Assembly: GCA_036394995.1 (NCBI GenBank)
Contig: DASWED010000060.1
Span: 4,001-68,000 of the forward strand
Origin: Actinomycetota bacterium
GTDB lineage: Bacteria; Actinomycetota; UBA4738; JACQTL01
Reading direction: 5' to 3'
Length of the DNA: 64,000 nt
Under the pieces are notes generated by a model. That model saw only the letters and a program-made list of their open reading frames with translations, was not told where the DNA came from and did no database searches. A program made the translations under genes and the position numbers. Positions 44,536-54,500 of the stretch are shown piece after piece; the first letter of the stretch is position 1, and each line of letters opens with the position of its first letter.

Positions 44536-45507
44536 ATGGCAACCGGAACGCGCCCCGGTATCCTGCCCGCTCCGATGCCGCGATCCCCGATCACCCGCGT
44601 CCTGATCACCGGCGGTGCCGGGTTCGTGGGCTCGAACCTGGCCCGCGACCTCATCGCCGACGGCGTGGAGGTCCGGATCTTCGACGACCTCTCCGCCGCG
44701 CGCGACCGCTACGTCCGGGGCCTGGGCGTGGACCTCCGCCACGGTTCGGTCACCGATCCCGCGGCCACGCGGCGCGCCGTGAAGGGCGTCGATGCCGTCG
44801 TGCACCTCGCGGCGATGTCGGGGGTCGGGCCGTCCGTCGAACATCCCGACCGGGACTTCGCCATCAACGTCCAGGGCACGTTCCACGTCCTCGACGCGGC
44901 TCGCCGAACCGGCGTCCGCCGGGTGGTGTTCGCTTCCTCCGGCGCCGTCCTGGCCGGGGCCAGGCCGCCACTGCACGAGGCCATCGTTCCCCAGGTCCTC
45001 GCTCCCTACGGCGCGTCGAAGCTGTACGGCGAGGCCGCCCTCCAGGCGTTCCAGTCGGTGTACGGGTTCACCGGGGTGGCTCTGCGTTTCTCGAACGTGT
45101 ACGGGCCGAACTGCGACCACAAGCGGAGCGTGGTGGCCGAGTTCCTGCGCCGGGCCGCGGCCGGCAAGCCCCTCGTGATCTACGGCAGCGGCCGGCAGAC
45201 CCGGGACTTCCTGCACGTGGACGACGTGTCCCGCGCCGTGCGGATAGCGCTGCGCTCACCGTCGTCGGGCGCGTTCCAGCTGGGGACCGGCGTGGAGACG
45301 TCGGTCGTCCGCCTGGCCAACCTGGTCCGGAAGGTCGCCGGCCGGGATCTCTCCATCGAACGCCGCCCCTCCCGCCCCGGCGAGGCCGCCCGGAACTACG
45401 TGGACCCTTCGAAGGCCCGGGCCGTGCTCCGGTGGGAGGCCCGGATCGGGCTCCCGGACGGGCTCGCGTCCACCTACCGCTGGATCACGGACCGCCGGGG
45501 TCCGTAG
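44536..45507 (+). CDS. NAD-dependent sugar-nucleotide epimerase/dehydratase (SDR)
   Basis: Motif ITGGAGFVGSNL and catalytic YGASK. The start may instead be the internal Met at about 44575. Confidence 0.85.
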   Translation: MATGTRPGILPAPMPRSPITRVLITGGAGFVGSNLARDLIADGVEVRIFDDLSAARDRYVRGLGVDLRHGSVTDPAATRRAVKGVDAVVHLAAMSGVGPSVEHPDRDFAINVQGTFHVLDAARRTGVRRVVFASSGAVLAGARPPLHEAIVPQVLAPYGASKLYGEAALQAFQSVYGFTGVALRFSNVYGPNCDHKRSVVAEFLRRAAAGKPLVIYGSGRQTRDFLHVDDVSRAVRIALRSPSSGAFQLGTGVETSVVRLANLVRKVAGRDLSIERRPSRPGEAARNYVDPSKARAVLRWEARIGLPDGLASTYRWITDRRGP

Positions 45508-45613
45508 GCCGAATCGGAGAGAGAGTCGTCGACCCGCCGTCCTGCGTACAATCGACGGCGGTCCTGTGGTCGCCGGACCGCCCCATTTCGCGAGCACGAG
45601 GAAGGTCGCCGTC

Positions 45614-46327
45614 ATGGAGAGGAAGCTGAAGGCCGAGGAGCGCCAGCCCGACGGCAAGGGCGCCGCCCGGAAGCTGCGGGCCGAGGGGAAGGTCCCCGGC
45701 GTGGTGTACGGGCATGCCATGGATCCCGTCGCGGTGGCCGTGGACGCGCGCGACCTGTACCACATCCTCCACACCGACGCCGGGGCGAACGTCCTGATCG
45801 ACCTCCACGTGGGCTCGGACCAGCACCTCACGCTGCCCCGCGAGATCCAGCGCGACAACATCCGGGGCGTGTTCACCCACGTCGACTTCCTGGCCGTGCG
45901 GCGTGACGAGGTCATCACCGTGGACGTCCCGGTGGACCTCATCGGCGAGTCGCACGGCGTGAAGGAGGGCGGCGTCGTCGAGCACCACCTGTGGGAGGTC
46001 AAGCTGGAGTGCTTCCCCACCAACGTGCCGGAACGCATCGAGGCCGACATCTCGGCGCTCGGCATCGGCGAGGGCCTGAAGGCCGGGGACCTGAAGATCC
46101 CGGAGGGCGTCACGCTGGTCACCGACCCCGAGGCGAGCATCATGGCCGTCGTCCCGCCGCCGATCCTCCGGCTCGAGGAGGAGGAGGCCGCGGCCGCCGA
46201 GGCCGAGGAGGTCGAGGGCGCCGAGGCCGAGGCCGAGGGCGAGGGAGCCACCGGCGAGGAAGCCGCCCAGCACGCGCAGGGCGAGGGCGACCAGGGCGGC
46301 GCCGGTGGCGCCGGCGACGAGTCCTGA
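45614..46327 (+). CDS. rplY: 50S ribosomal protein L25/general stress protein Ctc with acidic C-terminal tail
   Basis: ATG 45614 with AGGAAGG upstream. Motifs AARKLRAEGKVPGVVYG and IQRDNIRGVFTHVDF. Glu/Ala-rich tail. Confidence 0.9.
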   Translation: MERKLKAEERQPDGKGAARKLRAEGKVPGVVYGHAMDPVAVAVDARDLYHILHTDAGANVLIDLHVGSDQHLTLPREIQRDNIRGVFTHVDFLAVRRDEVITVDVPVDLIGESHGVKEGGVVEHHLWEVKLECFPTNVPERIEADISALGIGEGLKAGDLKIPEGVTLVTDPEASIMAVVPPPILRLEEEEAAAAEAEEVEGAEAEAEGEGATGEEAAQHAQGEGDQGGAGGAGDES

Positions 46328-46357
46328 CCCGCCGATGGGTCGTCCGCAGCGGCGCCG

Positions 46358-46936
46358 ATGACCTGGCTGGTCGCTGGCCTGGGGAACCCCGGCGAGGAGC
46401 ACGCGAAGACCCGGCACAACGTCGGGGCCATGGTCGTGGACCTCCTGGCCGGCCGGTCCGGTGAGAGGTTCCGCAAGCTGCGGTTCATTCCCGTGGAACA
46501 GGCCGACGTCAAGGAGGGCCCCGAGAAGGTCATCCTGGCCCGGTCCACGCAGTTCATGAACGTGTCCGGGCCGGGGTTCGCCGGGCTGGCCAAGAAGATG
46601 CACCTCTCGCCCCACCAGGTGATCGCCGTCCACGACGAGATCGACCTGCCCTTCGGCCGCCTCCAGATCAAGCGGGGCGGTTCGACGGCCGGCCACCATG
46701 GCCTGGACTCCCTGGTGGAGGGGTTCCGTTCGCCGGACTTCTTCCGGGTCCGGGTGGGCGTGGGGCGTCCGCCCGGCCGGCAGGACCCCGCGGACTACGT
46801 CCTGGAGCCGTTCTCGAAGAAGGAGCAGCCCGAGGTGGCCGTCCTGGTCGAGGACGCGGCCGACGCCGTGCTCATGCTGATCCGCGACGGCCTGAACGAC
46901 ACCCAGGAGCGCTTCAACCGCGGTCCCCGCCGGTAG
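46358..46936 (+). CDS. pth: Peptidyl-tRNA hydrolase
   Basis: 192 aa. Motifs LVAGLGNPG...TRHNVG and HDEIDLPFG. Confidence 0.95.
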   Translation: MTWLVAGLGNPGEEHAKTRHNVGAMVVDLLAGRSGERFRKLRFIPVEQADVKEGPEKVILARSTQFMNVSGPGFAGLAKKMHLSPHQVIAVHDEIDLPFGRLQIKRGGSTAGHHGLDSLVEGFRSPDFFRVRVGVGRPPGRQDPADYVLEPFSKKEQPEVAVLVEDAADAVLMLIRDGLNDTQERFNRGPRR

Positions 46937-46941
46937 GCCCC

Positions 46942-46957
46942 CGACGGCCGCCCGTCG
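46942..46957. terminator. Short GC hairpin between convergent pth and the MMPL gene
   Basis: CGACGG-CCGC-CCGTCG (6-bp stem, 4-nt loop) followed by TTA. Weak, possibly bidirectional. Confidence 0.25.
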
Positions 46958-49144
46958 TTACCCGCGCTCGGTGTCGCCGTCGGCTCCCACGAGCGCGGGC
47001 TGTGGGGCCACCGGGGCCTGCTCCACCCGGACCCTCGGCAGAGCCCGGCCGAGCCACCCGGGCATCCACCAGTTCACGTCGCCCAGCAGCTCCATGACCG
47101 AGGGCACCAGCACCATGCGGACCAGCGTGGCGTCCACCAGGATCGCCACCGCGAGCCCCAGCCCGATCTCCTTGACCTGGCGGATGTCGAAGCCCACGAC
47201 GAACGAGAGGAACACCGCGATCATGACCAGGGCCGCCGCCGTGATGAGCCGCCCGGTCGTGGCCACGCCGTTCGCGACGGAGCGGGCGTTGTCGCCGGTC
47301 CGGACGTACTCCTCCCTGATCCTCGACAACAGGAAGATCTCGTAGTCCATGGACAGGCCGAACAGGATCGTGAACATCATCATGGGGATCCAGGACTCGA
47401 TCGGCCCGGTGTGCGACAGGCCGAACAGCGACTGGCCCCACCCCCACTGGAACACCGCGACCAGCACGCCGTAGGCGGCGCCGATCGACAGCAGGTTCAT
47501 GACCGCGGCCTTCAGCGGCACCACCACGGAGCGGAACACCACCATCAGCAGCAGGAACGCCAGGGCGATGACCACGGCGATCATGACCGGCATCCGCCTC
47601 CCGATGGTCGCCGCGAAGTCCACGAAGATCGCGGTGAACCCGCCCACGTACACGGTGGTCCCCGACCCCGCCGTGGCCTGGGGGACGACGTCGTCCCGGA
47701 GCCGGTGCACCAGCTGGTCCGTGGCCTGGTCCTGCGGCGCGGATCCCGGGTACACCGTGATGATCGCGGTGTCCCCCTTGGGGTTCGGGATCACCGGCGA
47801 GACCGCGGCGACGTCCTCGGTCGACGCCAGGGTCCGGTCGAGCCGCTGCAGCATCGCCATGTCCTGGGGCCCCCGGATCTCCGCGGCCAGCAGCAGGGGG
47901 CCGTTGAACCCCGGACCGAACCCCTCGGACAGCAGCTGGTAGGCCCGGTGGGTGGTGAGCGAGCCCGGCTCGTTCCCGGCGTCGGCCGCGCCGAGGCGGA
48001 TCGAGAACAGCGGGATGGCCAGCGTCAGCACGGCGACCAGGCCCGCCAGCCCGGTGACCACGGGACGGCGCTGCACCATCCGACTCCACCGGAACCAGAA
48101 GCCCGTCCCGGTGGTGTCCTTCTTGCCGAAGATCGGGACGTGCAGCTTGTCGATGTTCCGGCCGGTGAACCCGAGCACGGCCGGGAGCAGCGTGAGCGCC
48201 GCGAGCATCGTGACGAACACCACCGCGGCGCAGCCGATGGCGAGCCCCTGCAGGAAGGTGAAGCCCATCAGCAGCATGCCCAGGAACGAGATCACCACCA
48301 CGGTCCCGGCGAACAGCACGGCCCGGCCGGCCGTGGCCATGGCTCGCAGGACGGCCCCCTCGGGATCGAGTCCCTCCCGCAGTCCCTGCCGGTACCGCGA
48401 GACGATGAACAGCGCGTAGTCGATCCCGACGCCGAGGCCGATCATCGCGGCGACCTCGGTGGTGAAGTCGGGCACCGACAGGAAGTTCGCGAAGAGCAGG
48501 ATGAGGGCGAGCCCGATCCCGATGCCGAACAGGGCGGTCATGACGGGAAGCCCCATCGCCAGCAGCGACCCGAACGCGATCAGCAGGATGATCATCGCCG
48601 CGATCAACGCCACCCCGGTGGACTGCCCCGGCGGTTCGAACTGCGCGTTCTCGATGACCGGCCCCCCCCACTCGATCTGCAGGCCGGGTCCGTCGACCCG
48701 GTCGCCGAGGCCCTCGATCCGGTCCACCACGTCCTTCGGCACCTTGTTGGCCTTCACGTCGAACCGGACGTCAGCGAAGGCGATGTCACCGTCCCTGGAG
48801 ACCTGGCGGACGTTCCCGGGCGCGTACGGATCGACCACGCCCTCGACGTGACGGACCTTCTGGAGCTCGGCGAACAGGCCCTGCATCTTCGTGCGCACGC
48901 CGGGGTCGGCCACGCCGGCGTCGGCCTTGAACACGAGCTGCGCGGTGTCGCCGGACACCTGGGGGAACCGGTCGTTCAGGAGGTCGAAGGCCTTCTGCGA
49001 GTCGGCCCCCGGAAGCGAGAAGTCACTGGCGTAGTCCCCGCCCAGGCTCGAGGCGGCGAACTGCGCCCCGAACAGCGCCACGATCCAGATGACGAGCGTC
49101 AACCACCGCCGGTGGTAGCACCACCGGGCCACCCGCTGCAGCAT
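46958..49144 (-). CDS. MMPL-family (RND superfamily) membrane transporter
   Basis: 728 aa. Duplicated signature GVGIDYALFIVSRYRQ and GLSMDYEIFLLSRIREE. Two 6-TM bundles. Confidence 0.9.
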   Translation of the reverse strand: MLQRVARWCYHRRWLTLVIWIVALFGAQFAASSLGGDYASDFSLPGADSQKAFDLLNDRFPQVSGDTAQLVFKADAGVADPGVRTKMQGLFAELQKVRHVEGVVDPYAPGNVRQVSRDGDIAFADVRFDVKANKVPKDVVDRIEGLGDRVDGPGLQIEWGGPVIENAQFEPPGQSTGVALIAAMIILLIAFGSLLAMGLPVMTALFGIGIGLALILLFANFLSVPDFTTEVAAMIGLGVGIDYALFIVSRYRQGLREGLDPEGAVLRAMATAGRAVLFAGTVVVISFLGMLLMGFTFLQGLAIGCAAVVFVTMLAALTLLPAVLGFTGRNIDKLHVPIFGKKDTTGTGFWFRWSRMVQRRPVVTGLAGLVAVLTLAIPLFSIRLGAADAGNEPGSLTTHRAYQLLSEGFGPGFNGPLLLAAEIRGPQDMAMLQRLDRTLASTEDVAAVSPVIPNPKGDTAIITVYPGSAPQDQATDQLVHRLRDDVVPQATAGSGTTVYVGGFTAIFVDFAATIGRRMPVMIAVVIALAFLLLMVVFRSVVVPLKAAVMNLLSIGAAYGVLVAVFQWGWGQSLFGLSHTGPIESWIPMMMFTILFGLSMDYEIFLLSRIREEYVRTGDNARSVANGVATTGRLITAAALVMIAVFLSFVVGFDIRQVKEIGLGLAVAILVDATLVRMVLVPSVMELLGDVNWWMPGWLGRALPRVRVEQAPVAPQPALVGADGDTERG

Positions 49145-49602
49145 GTGCGTCCCTCCTCCGCCCGCCGTCCCCTCACCGGCGGTTCCCGTCTCGCTCGGAT
49201 TGATTCCCTCAACCCTACATGCGGTCGCGATTTTGGCTCACGGCGTTGGGATCAACCGAACGTCACCACCCGGACCGAACGTGAGGTCCCGGCGCTTCCG
49301 TTGGCACATGCTTCCTCCTTCGATCGAGGGACGAGACGTGAAGCTTCCGGCACCCGAACGGGTCCATCAAATCGTCCGAACGGGGAACATGCCGCCGGGC
49401 GCGTCCGAAGGCTCCGGCGAGGGGTCTCCGACGTGTTGGTGGCGAGAGGCCCCGAGCTGGAGCGGTTGGCCGCGTTTCGTCCGTCACGCTGGGGGTCTTC
49501 AGGCCCTGATCCGAGCGTTCGCGCCGGGTCAGGCTGTCCCCATCGGGCGACCACGGGGTCGAAAGCCGGGGTGGGGCGGGAGCGGCGAGCAAGGAGAGAG
49601 CC

Positions 49603-51405
49603 ATGCTCACGCTTCGCCGAGATGGACATCGGACCGGTCGTTCGAGACGGCTCGCGGCTCGAGCGGTGATCGGGGCGACGGCCCTGACGGTCGCCGTCGG
49701 GGTCACCGCGCTCCCGCAGGCCCGGGGGGAGCCTGCAGCGCTCCTCTCCGCCGTCGCCCATCCGAAGTTCGTCCAGCCGCTGCCGAATCCGCTGGCCCCG
49801 GGGTTCGTCTGGACCCAGGATCCCGGGTCCCCGAACCACTACGAGATCGGTGCCTACCAGGTGCGGCAGAGCGTCCTCGGGCCGGGGTTCCCGGACACCA
49901 CGGTGTGGGGCTACGGCAACAACCTCGATCGGACCCAGCCCGCGACATACCCGGGACGCACGTTCCAGGTGCAGAAGGGCACGCCCATCACGGTCACCTG
50001 GACGAACAACCTGATCGACGCGGAGGGAACGCCCCTGCCACCACTGACGACGCCGGACCCGTCCGTGGAGCACGCGATGACGACCACGGGCGTTCCGCTC
50101 GTCGCGCACGTGCACGGGGGCCACACGGAATCGGTCAGCGACGGGCTCCCGGATTTCTGGTTCACGCCCGGCTACAGGGAGGTCGGCCCGCTGTTCACGT
50201 CAGGCCACCGGCTGGACCGGGGTGACCCGTACGTGTACGCGAACGACCAGCAGGCGGGCACCCTCTGGTACCACGACCACGCCCTGGGGTACACGCGACA
50301 GAACGTGTACGCGGGGCTCGCCGGTTTCTACCTGGTTCGGGACCAGACCGATACGGGGCTCGCCGGCAACCCCCTGGGGCTGCCGGCGTATCCGTACGAG
50401 GTGCCCATCGTGATCCAGGACCGGATGTTCACCTCCGACGGCCAGCTGTCCTACCCGAACGGCGGGGCCATCGCCGGAGTGACCGACGACAGCATCCTGC
50501 CGGAGATGTTCGGCGACTTCATCGTGGTGAACGGCACGACGTGGCCCTACCTGAACGTCGAGCCCAGGAAGTACCGTCTGCGGCTGCTCAACGGCTCGGA
50601 CTCCCGTTTCTACACGTTCTCGCTGGCCACGGGGAGCGGGGGGAGCGGGCCGGCCTTCTCCCAGATCGGGACCGACGACGCCCTCCTGTACGCCCCCGTG
50701 ACGCGGCAGCACATCACGCTGGGGCCGGGCGAGCGCGCCGATGTCATCGTCGACTTCAGCGGCCTCAACGGACGGAACCTCGTCATGCGGAACACCGCCA
50801 AGACGCCGTACCCGATGGGTTCCTCGCCGGATCCCAGGACCACCGGCCGGATCATGCAGTTCCGGGTTGGGACGGCCGTGACAGTCCCGGATCCGCCGCT
50901 CCCCGCCACGCTTCGTCCGGCGCCGATCGCGAGGCTGACACCTACTCCGGGCGCGCCCGTTCGCAAGCTGCTGCTGTACGAGGGCGAGGACGAGTACGGG
51001 CGGATCCTTCCGATGCTGGGAACGGCGGCGGGCGGCGCGATGGGATTCCGAGACCCGATCACCGAGACCCCGGCACTCGGGTCCACCGAGGTCTGGGAGT
51101 TCTACAACACGACGGAGGACGCCCATCCGATCCACCTGCACCTGGTGAGCTTCCAGATCCTGTCGCGACAGAGGTTCTCCGCGACGCAGGACCCGGTCAC
51201 CGGGGCTCTCACGAACGTCAGGCTGCGCGGCTCTCCCAGGCCACCGGCGCCCGGCGAGAGGGGATGGAAGGACACGGCCCAGATGTTCCCCGGCGAGGTC
51301 ACCCGGATCATCGCGACGTTCGACCGGCCGGGCCTGTATGTCTGGCACTGCCACATCCTGTCTCACGAGGAGCACGACATGATGCGCCCGTTCCGGGTCA
51401 TCTGA
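49603..51405 (+). CDS. Three-domain multicopper oxidase (CotA/bilirubin oxidase-like), exported
   Basis: 600 aa. SD AAGGAGAG. Arg-rich signal GRSRRLAARAVIGATALTV. Copper motifs HVHGGH, WYHDHA, HPIHLHLV and WHCHILSHEEHDMM. Confidence 0.85.
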   Translation: MLTLRRDGHRTGRSRRLAARAVIGATALTVAVGVTALPQARGEPAALLSAVAHPKFVQPLPNPLAPGFVWTQDPGSPNHYEIGAYQVRQSVLGPGFPDTTVWGYGNNLDRTQPATYPGRTFQVQKGTPITVTWTNNLIDAEGTPLPPLTTPDPSVEHAMTTTGVPLVAHVHGGHTESVSDGLPDFWFTPGYREVGPLFTSGHRLDRGDPYVYANDQQAGTLWYHDHALGYTRQNVYAGLAGFYLVRDQTDTGLAGNPLGLPAYPYEVPIVIQDRMFTSDGQLSYPNGGAIAGVTDDSILPEMFGDFIVVNGTTWPYLNVEPRKYRLRLLNGSDSRFYTFSLATGSGGSGPAFSQIGTDDALLYAPVTRQHITLGPGERADVIVDFSGLNGRNLVMRNTAKTPYPMGSSPDPRTTGRIMQFRVGTAVTVPDPPLPATLRPAPIARLTPTPGAPVRKLLLYEGEDEYGRILPMLGTAAGGAMGFRDPITETPALGSTEVWEFYNTTEDAHPIHLHLVSFQILSRQRFSATQDPVTGALTNVRLRGSPRPPAPGERGWKDTAQMFPGEVTRIIATFDRPGLYVWHCHILSHEEHDMMRPFRVI

Positions 51406-51556
51406 TCTCGAACGGCACCGGCCACGGGCCGCCTTCGTAGAATGGGACGGCGGCCCTGGACCGGGGCCGCGCGCGTCGATTCGAAGACCCAAGCAGGTCA
51501 GAGGCCTGGAACTTTCGTCCCGGGCCTCTTCGTGCTGTTCGAGGTGCCGGAACACC

Positions 51557-54500
51557 GTGACCACGCTGCTCACCGAAGCGCTCGATCTCCTGATCGGCTC
51601 GGAGCCGTTCGACCGGCTCCTGGCCGACCTTGCCCGGCCGCGGGTGGCGCGGGCGGAGGCGGGGCAGGACTTCGTCGTCGCCGCGCTGGCGCGAGCCCTG
51701 GATGGGCCGGTCGTCGTGGTGGCCACCGGGCCGCACGAAGCCGAGGCCATGACGCGGGCGGTGGCCGCCTACCTCGGCGAGGACAGAGTCGCGCTGTTCC
51801 CGGCGTGGGAGTCGCTGCCGTACGAGGGGATCAGCCCGGCGCCGGAGGTGGCCGCCCGGCGGGCCGTGGCGGCGCGGCGGGTCCGGGGCGTGGCGGCGGG
51901 TCCGCCGGGGCCGTTCGTCCTGGTGATGCCGGCGCTGGCGGCGGTCCAGGGCATCCCGCCGGATCTCGGCACGCACCGGCCGCTGGCGGTGGCGCGCGGG
52001 GGAGCGATCGCGCCGGACGTGCTGGCCGGACGCCTCGTCGCGCTGGGCTACACGCGGGCCGACGTCGTGGAGCATCGGGGCGAGTTCGCGGTGCGGGGGG
52101 GCACGCTCGACGTGTTCCCCGGCGACGCCCGGCGCCCGGTCCGGGCGGAGTTCTGGGGCGACGAGGTCGACCAGCTCCGGGAGTTCTCCGCCGCCACCCA
52201 GCTGTCAACCGGCGAAGTCGACGCCGTCGAGGTCCATCCCGTCCGGGAGCTCCTGGCCACCGAGGACGTCCGGACCCGGGCCGAGCGGGCGGCGCCGCGG
52301 CACCAGGGCCGGTTCCGGGACGGGCTGACCCGGCTTTCCGACGGACTGGCGTTCGAGGGGATGGAGATGCTGGCCGGGCTGCTGTACGACGACATGCCGG
52401 CGCCGTCCGAGCTGCTGCCGAAGGGGACGTGGGCGGTGCTGTCCCCGGCGCGACGCGTCGCGGACCGGGCGGCGCACGCCGCGGCCGACGGCGACGCTCT
52501 GGCGGCGGCGACGGGCTGGCCGGGCCGGCCGGTCATGCGGCCGCTGGAGGAGGCGCTGGCGCACACGCAGGTCCTGCACCTCTCGGAGTTCGCCGAGGGG
52601 ATCGACCTCGGCCTGTCCGGCTGGGGCACGGCGTCGGGGAACCCCACCGAGATGGCGCAGCGGGTGGCCGACCGGGCCGGGAGCGGGTTCCGGGTGGCCA
52701 TCGCCGCGGAGGCCCACGGGTCGCTGGAGCGGGCCCGGGAGATGGTGGAGGAGCTCGGCGTCCGGGTGACCCAGGAGGCCTGGCCCGTCGCGACCGTCGA
52801 GGCGCCCGTCGGCGCCGGGTTCGTGTTCGGTCCGGGGAAGCTCGCCGTGGCGGGGGAGGAGGACTTCTTCGGCGCCCGACGACACACCCGCCAGCCCCCG
52901 CGCATGGCCCGCCGCAGGGCCGAGGCCATCGCCATGGAGCTCGAGCCCGGCGACTTCGCGGTCCACCACGTCCAGGGGGTGGCCCGCTACGGCGGGATCG
53001 TCCACCGGGAGATCAAGGGATCGGCCCGGGACTTCCTGTTGCTGGAGTACGCCGGCGGGGACAAGCTGTACGTCCCCGCCGACCAGGTCGGCGTCGTGGC
53101 GAAGTACCTGGGCGGCGACGCGCCCCGGATCCACAAGCTGGGCTCGTCGGACTGGCCTCGGGCCAAGGCTCGGGTCCGTCGCGCCGTCCGGGAGATGGCC
53201 GGCGAGCTGGTCCGCCTGTATTCCGTGCGAATGGCGGTGCCCGGCCACGCGTTCAAGCCGGACGCCCCGTGGCAGCGGGAGCTGGAGGACGCGTTCCCGT
53301 TCGAGGAGACCAGGGACCAGCTGACCGCGATCGACGACGTGAAGCGCGACATGGAGCTGCCCGTGCCCATGGACCGGCTGGTGTGCGGCGACGTCGGGTA
53401 CGGCAAGACCGAGATCGCCATCCGGGCGGCCTTCAAGGCCGTCATGGACGGCAAGCAGGTCGCGGTGCTGGTGCCGACCACGCTGCTCGCCGAACAGCAC
53501 TACGTGACGTTCACCGAGCGGTTCACGGCGTTCCCGGTCCGGGTGGCGATGCTCAGCAGGTTCCTGTCGAACGCCGAACAGCACGAGGTGACCCGGGACC
53601 TCGGCGCCGGGAAGATCGATGTGGTCATCGGGACCCACCGGCTCCTCGGACGGGACGTGCTCTTCCGCGACCTGGGCCTGCTGGTGGTGGACGAGGAGCA
53701 GCGGTTCGGGGTGGCCCACAAGGAGCGCATCAAGCAGATGCGGGCCCACGTGGATGTGCTGACGATGACCGCCACCCCCATCCCCCGGACCATGGAGATG
53801 GCCCTCACCGGGGTCCGCGAGCTCTCCGTCCTGGACACCCCGCCGGAGGACCGCCAGCCCGTGCTCACGTACGTCGGGCCGTACGACCACGGGCTGGCGT
53901 ACGGCGCGGTGAAGCGCGAGCTCCTCCGCGGCGGCCAGGTGTTCTGGGTCCACAACCGGGTCCAGACCATCCACCGCACGGCCACCGAGATCCAGCGCGA
54001 GGTCCCGGAGGCCCGGGTCATCGTGGCCCACGGGCAGATGGACGAGGACGCGTTGGAGAAGGAGATGCTGAAGTTCTGGGAGGGCCAGGCCGACGTGCTG
54101 GTCTGCACCACGATCATCGAGAGCGGCCTGGACGTCCCCACCGCGAACACGCTGGTGGTGGAACGGGCCGACCGGCTGGGGCTGGCCCAGATGTACCAGC
54201 TCCGGGGGCGGGTGGGCCGCTCCCGCGAACGGGCCTTCGCGTACTTCTTCTTTCCGCCGCAGCAGTCGCTCACCGAGGAGGCCCACGAACGACTGTCCAC
54301 GATCAGCCGGTTCACCGACCTGGGGTCCGGCGTGAAGATCGCCATGCGGGACCTGGAGATCCGGGGCGCCGGGAACCTCCTGGGAGCCGAGCAGCACGGC
54401 CACATCGCGGCGGTGGGGTTCGACACGTACATGCGCCTGCTCCAGGAGGCCGTGGCCGAGATGAAGGGCGAACCGATCCCGGAGACCCTGGAGGTGCGCA

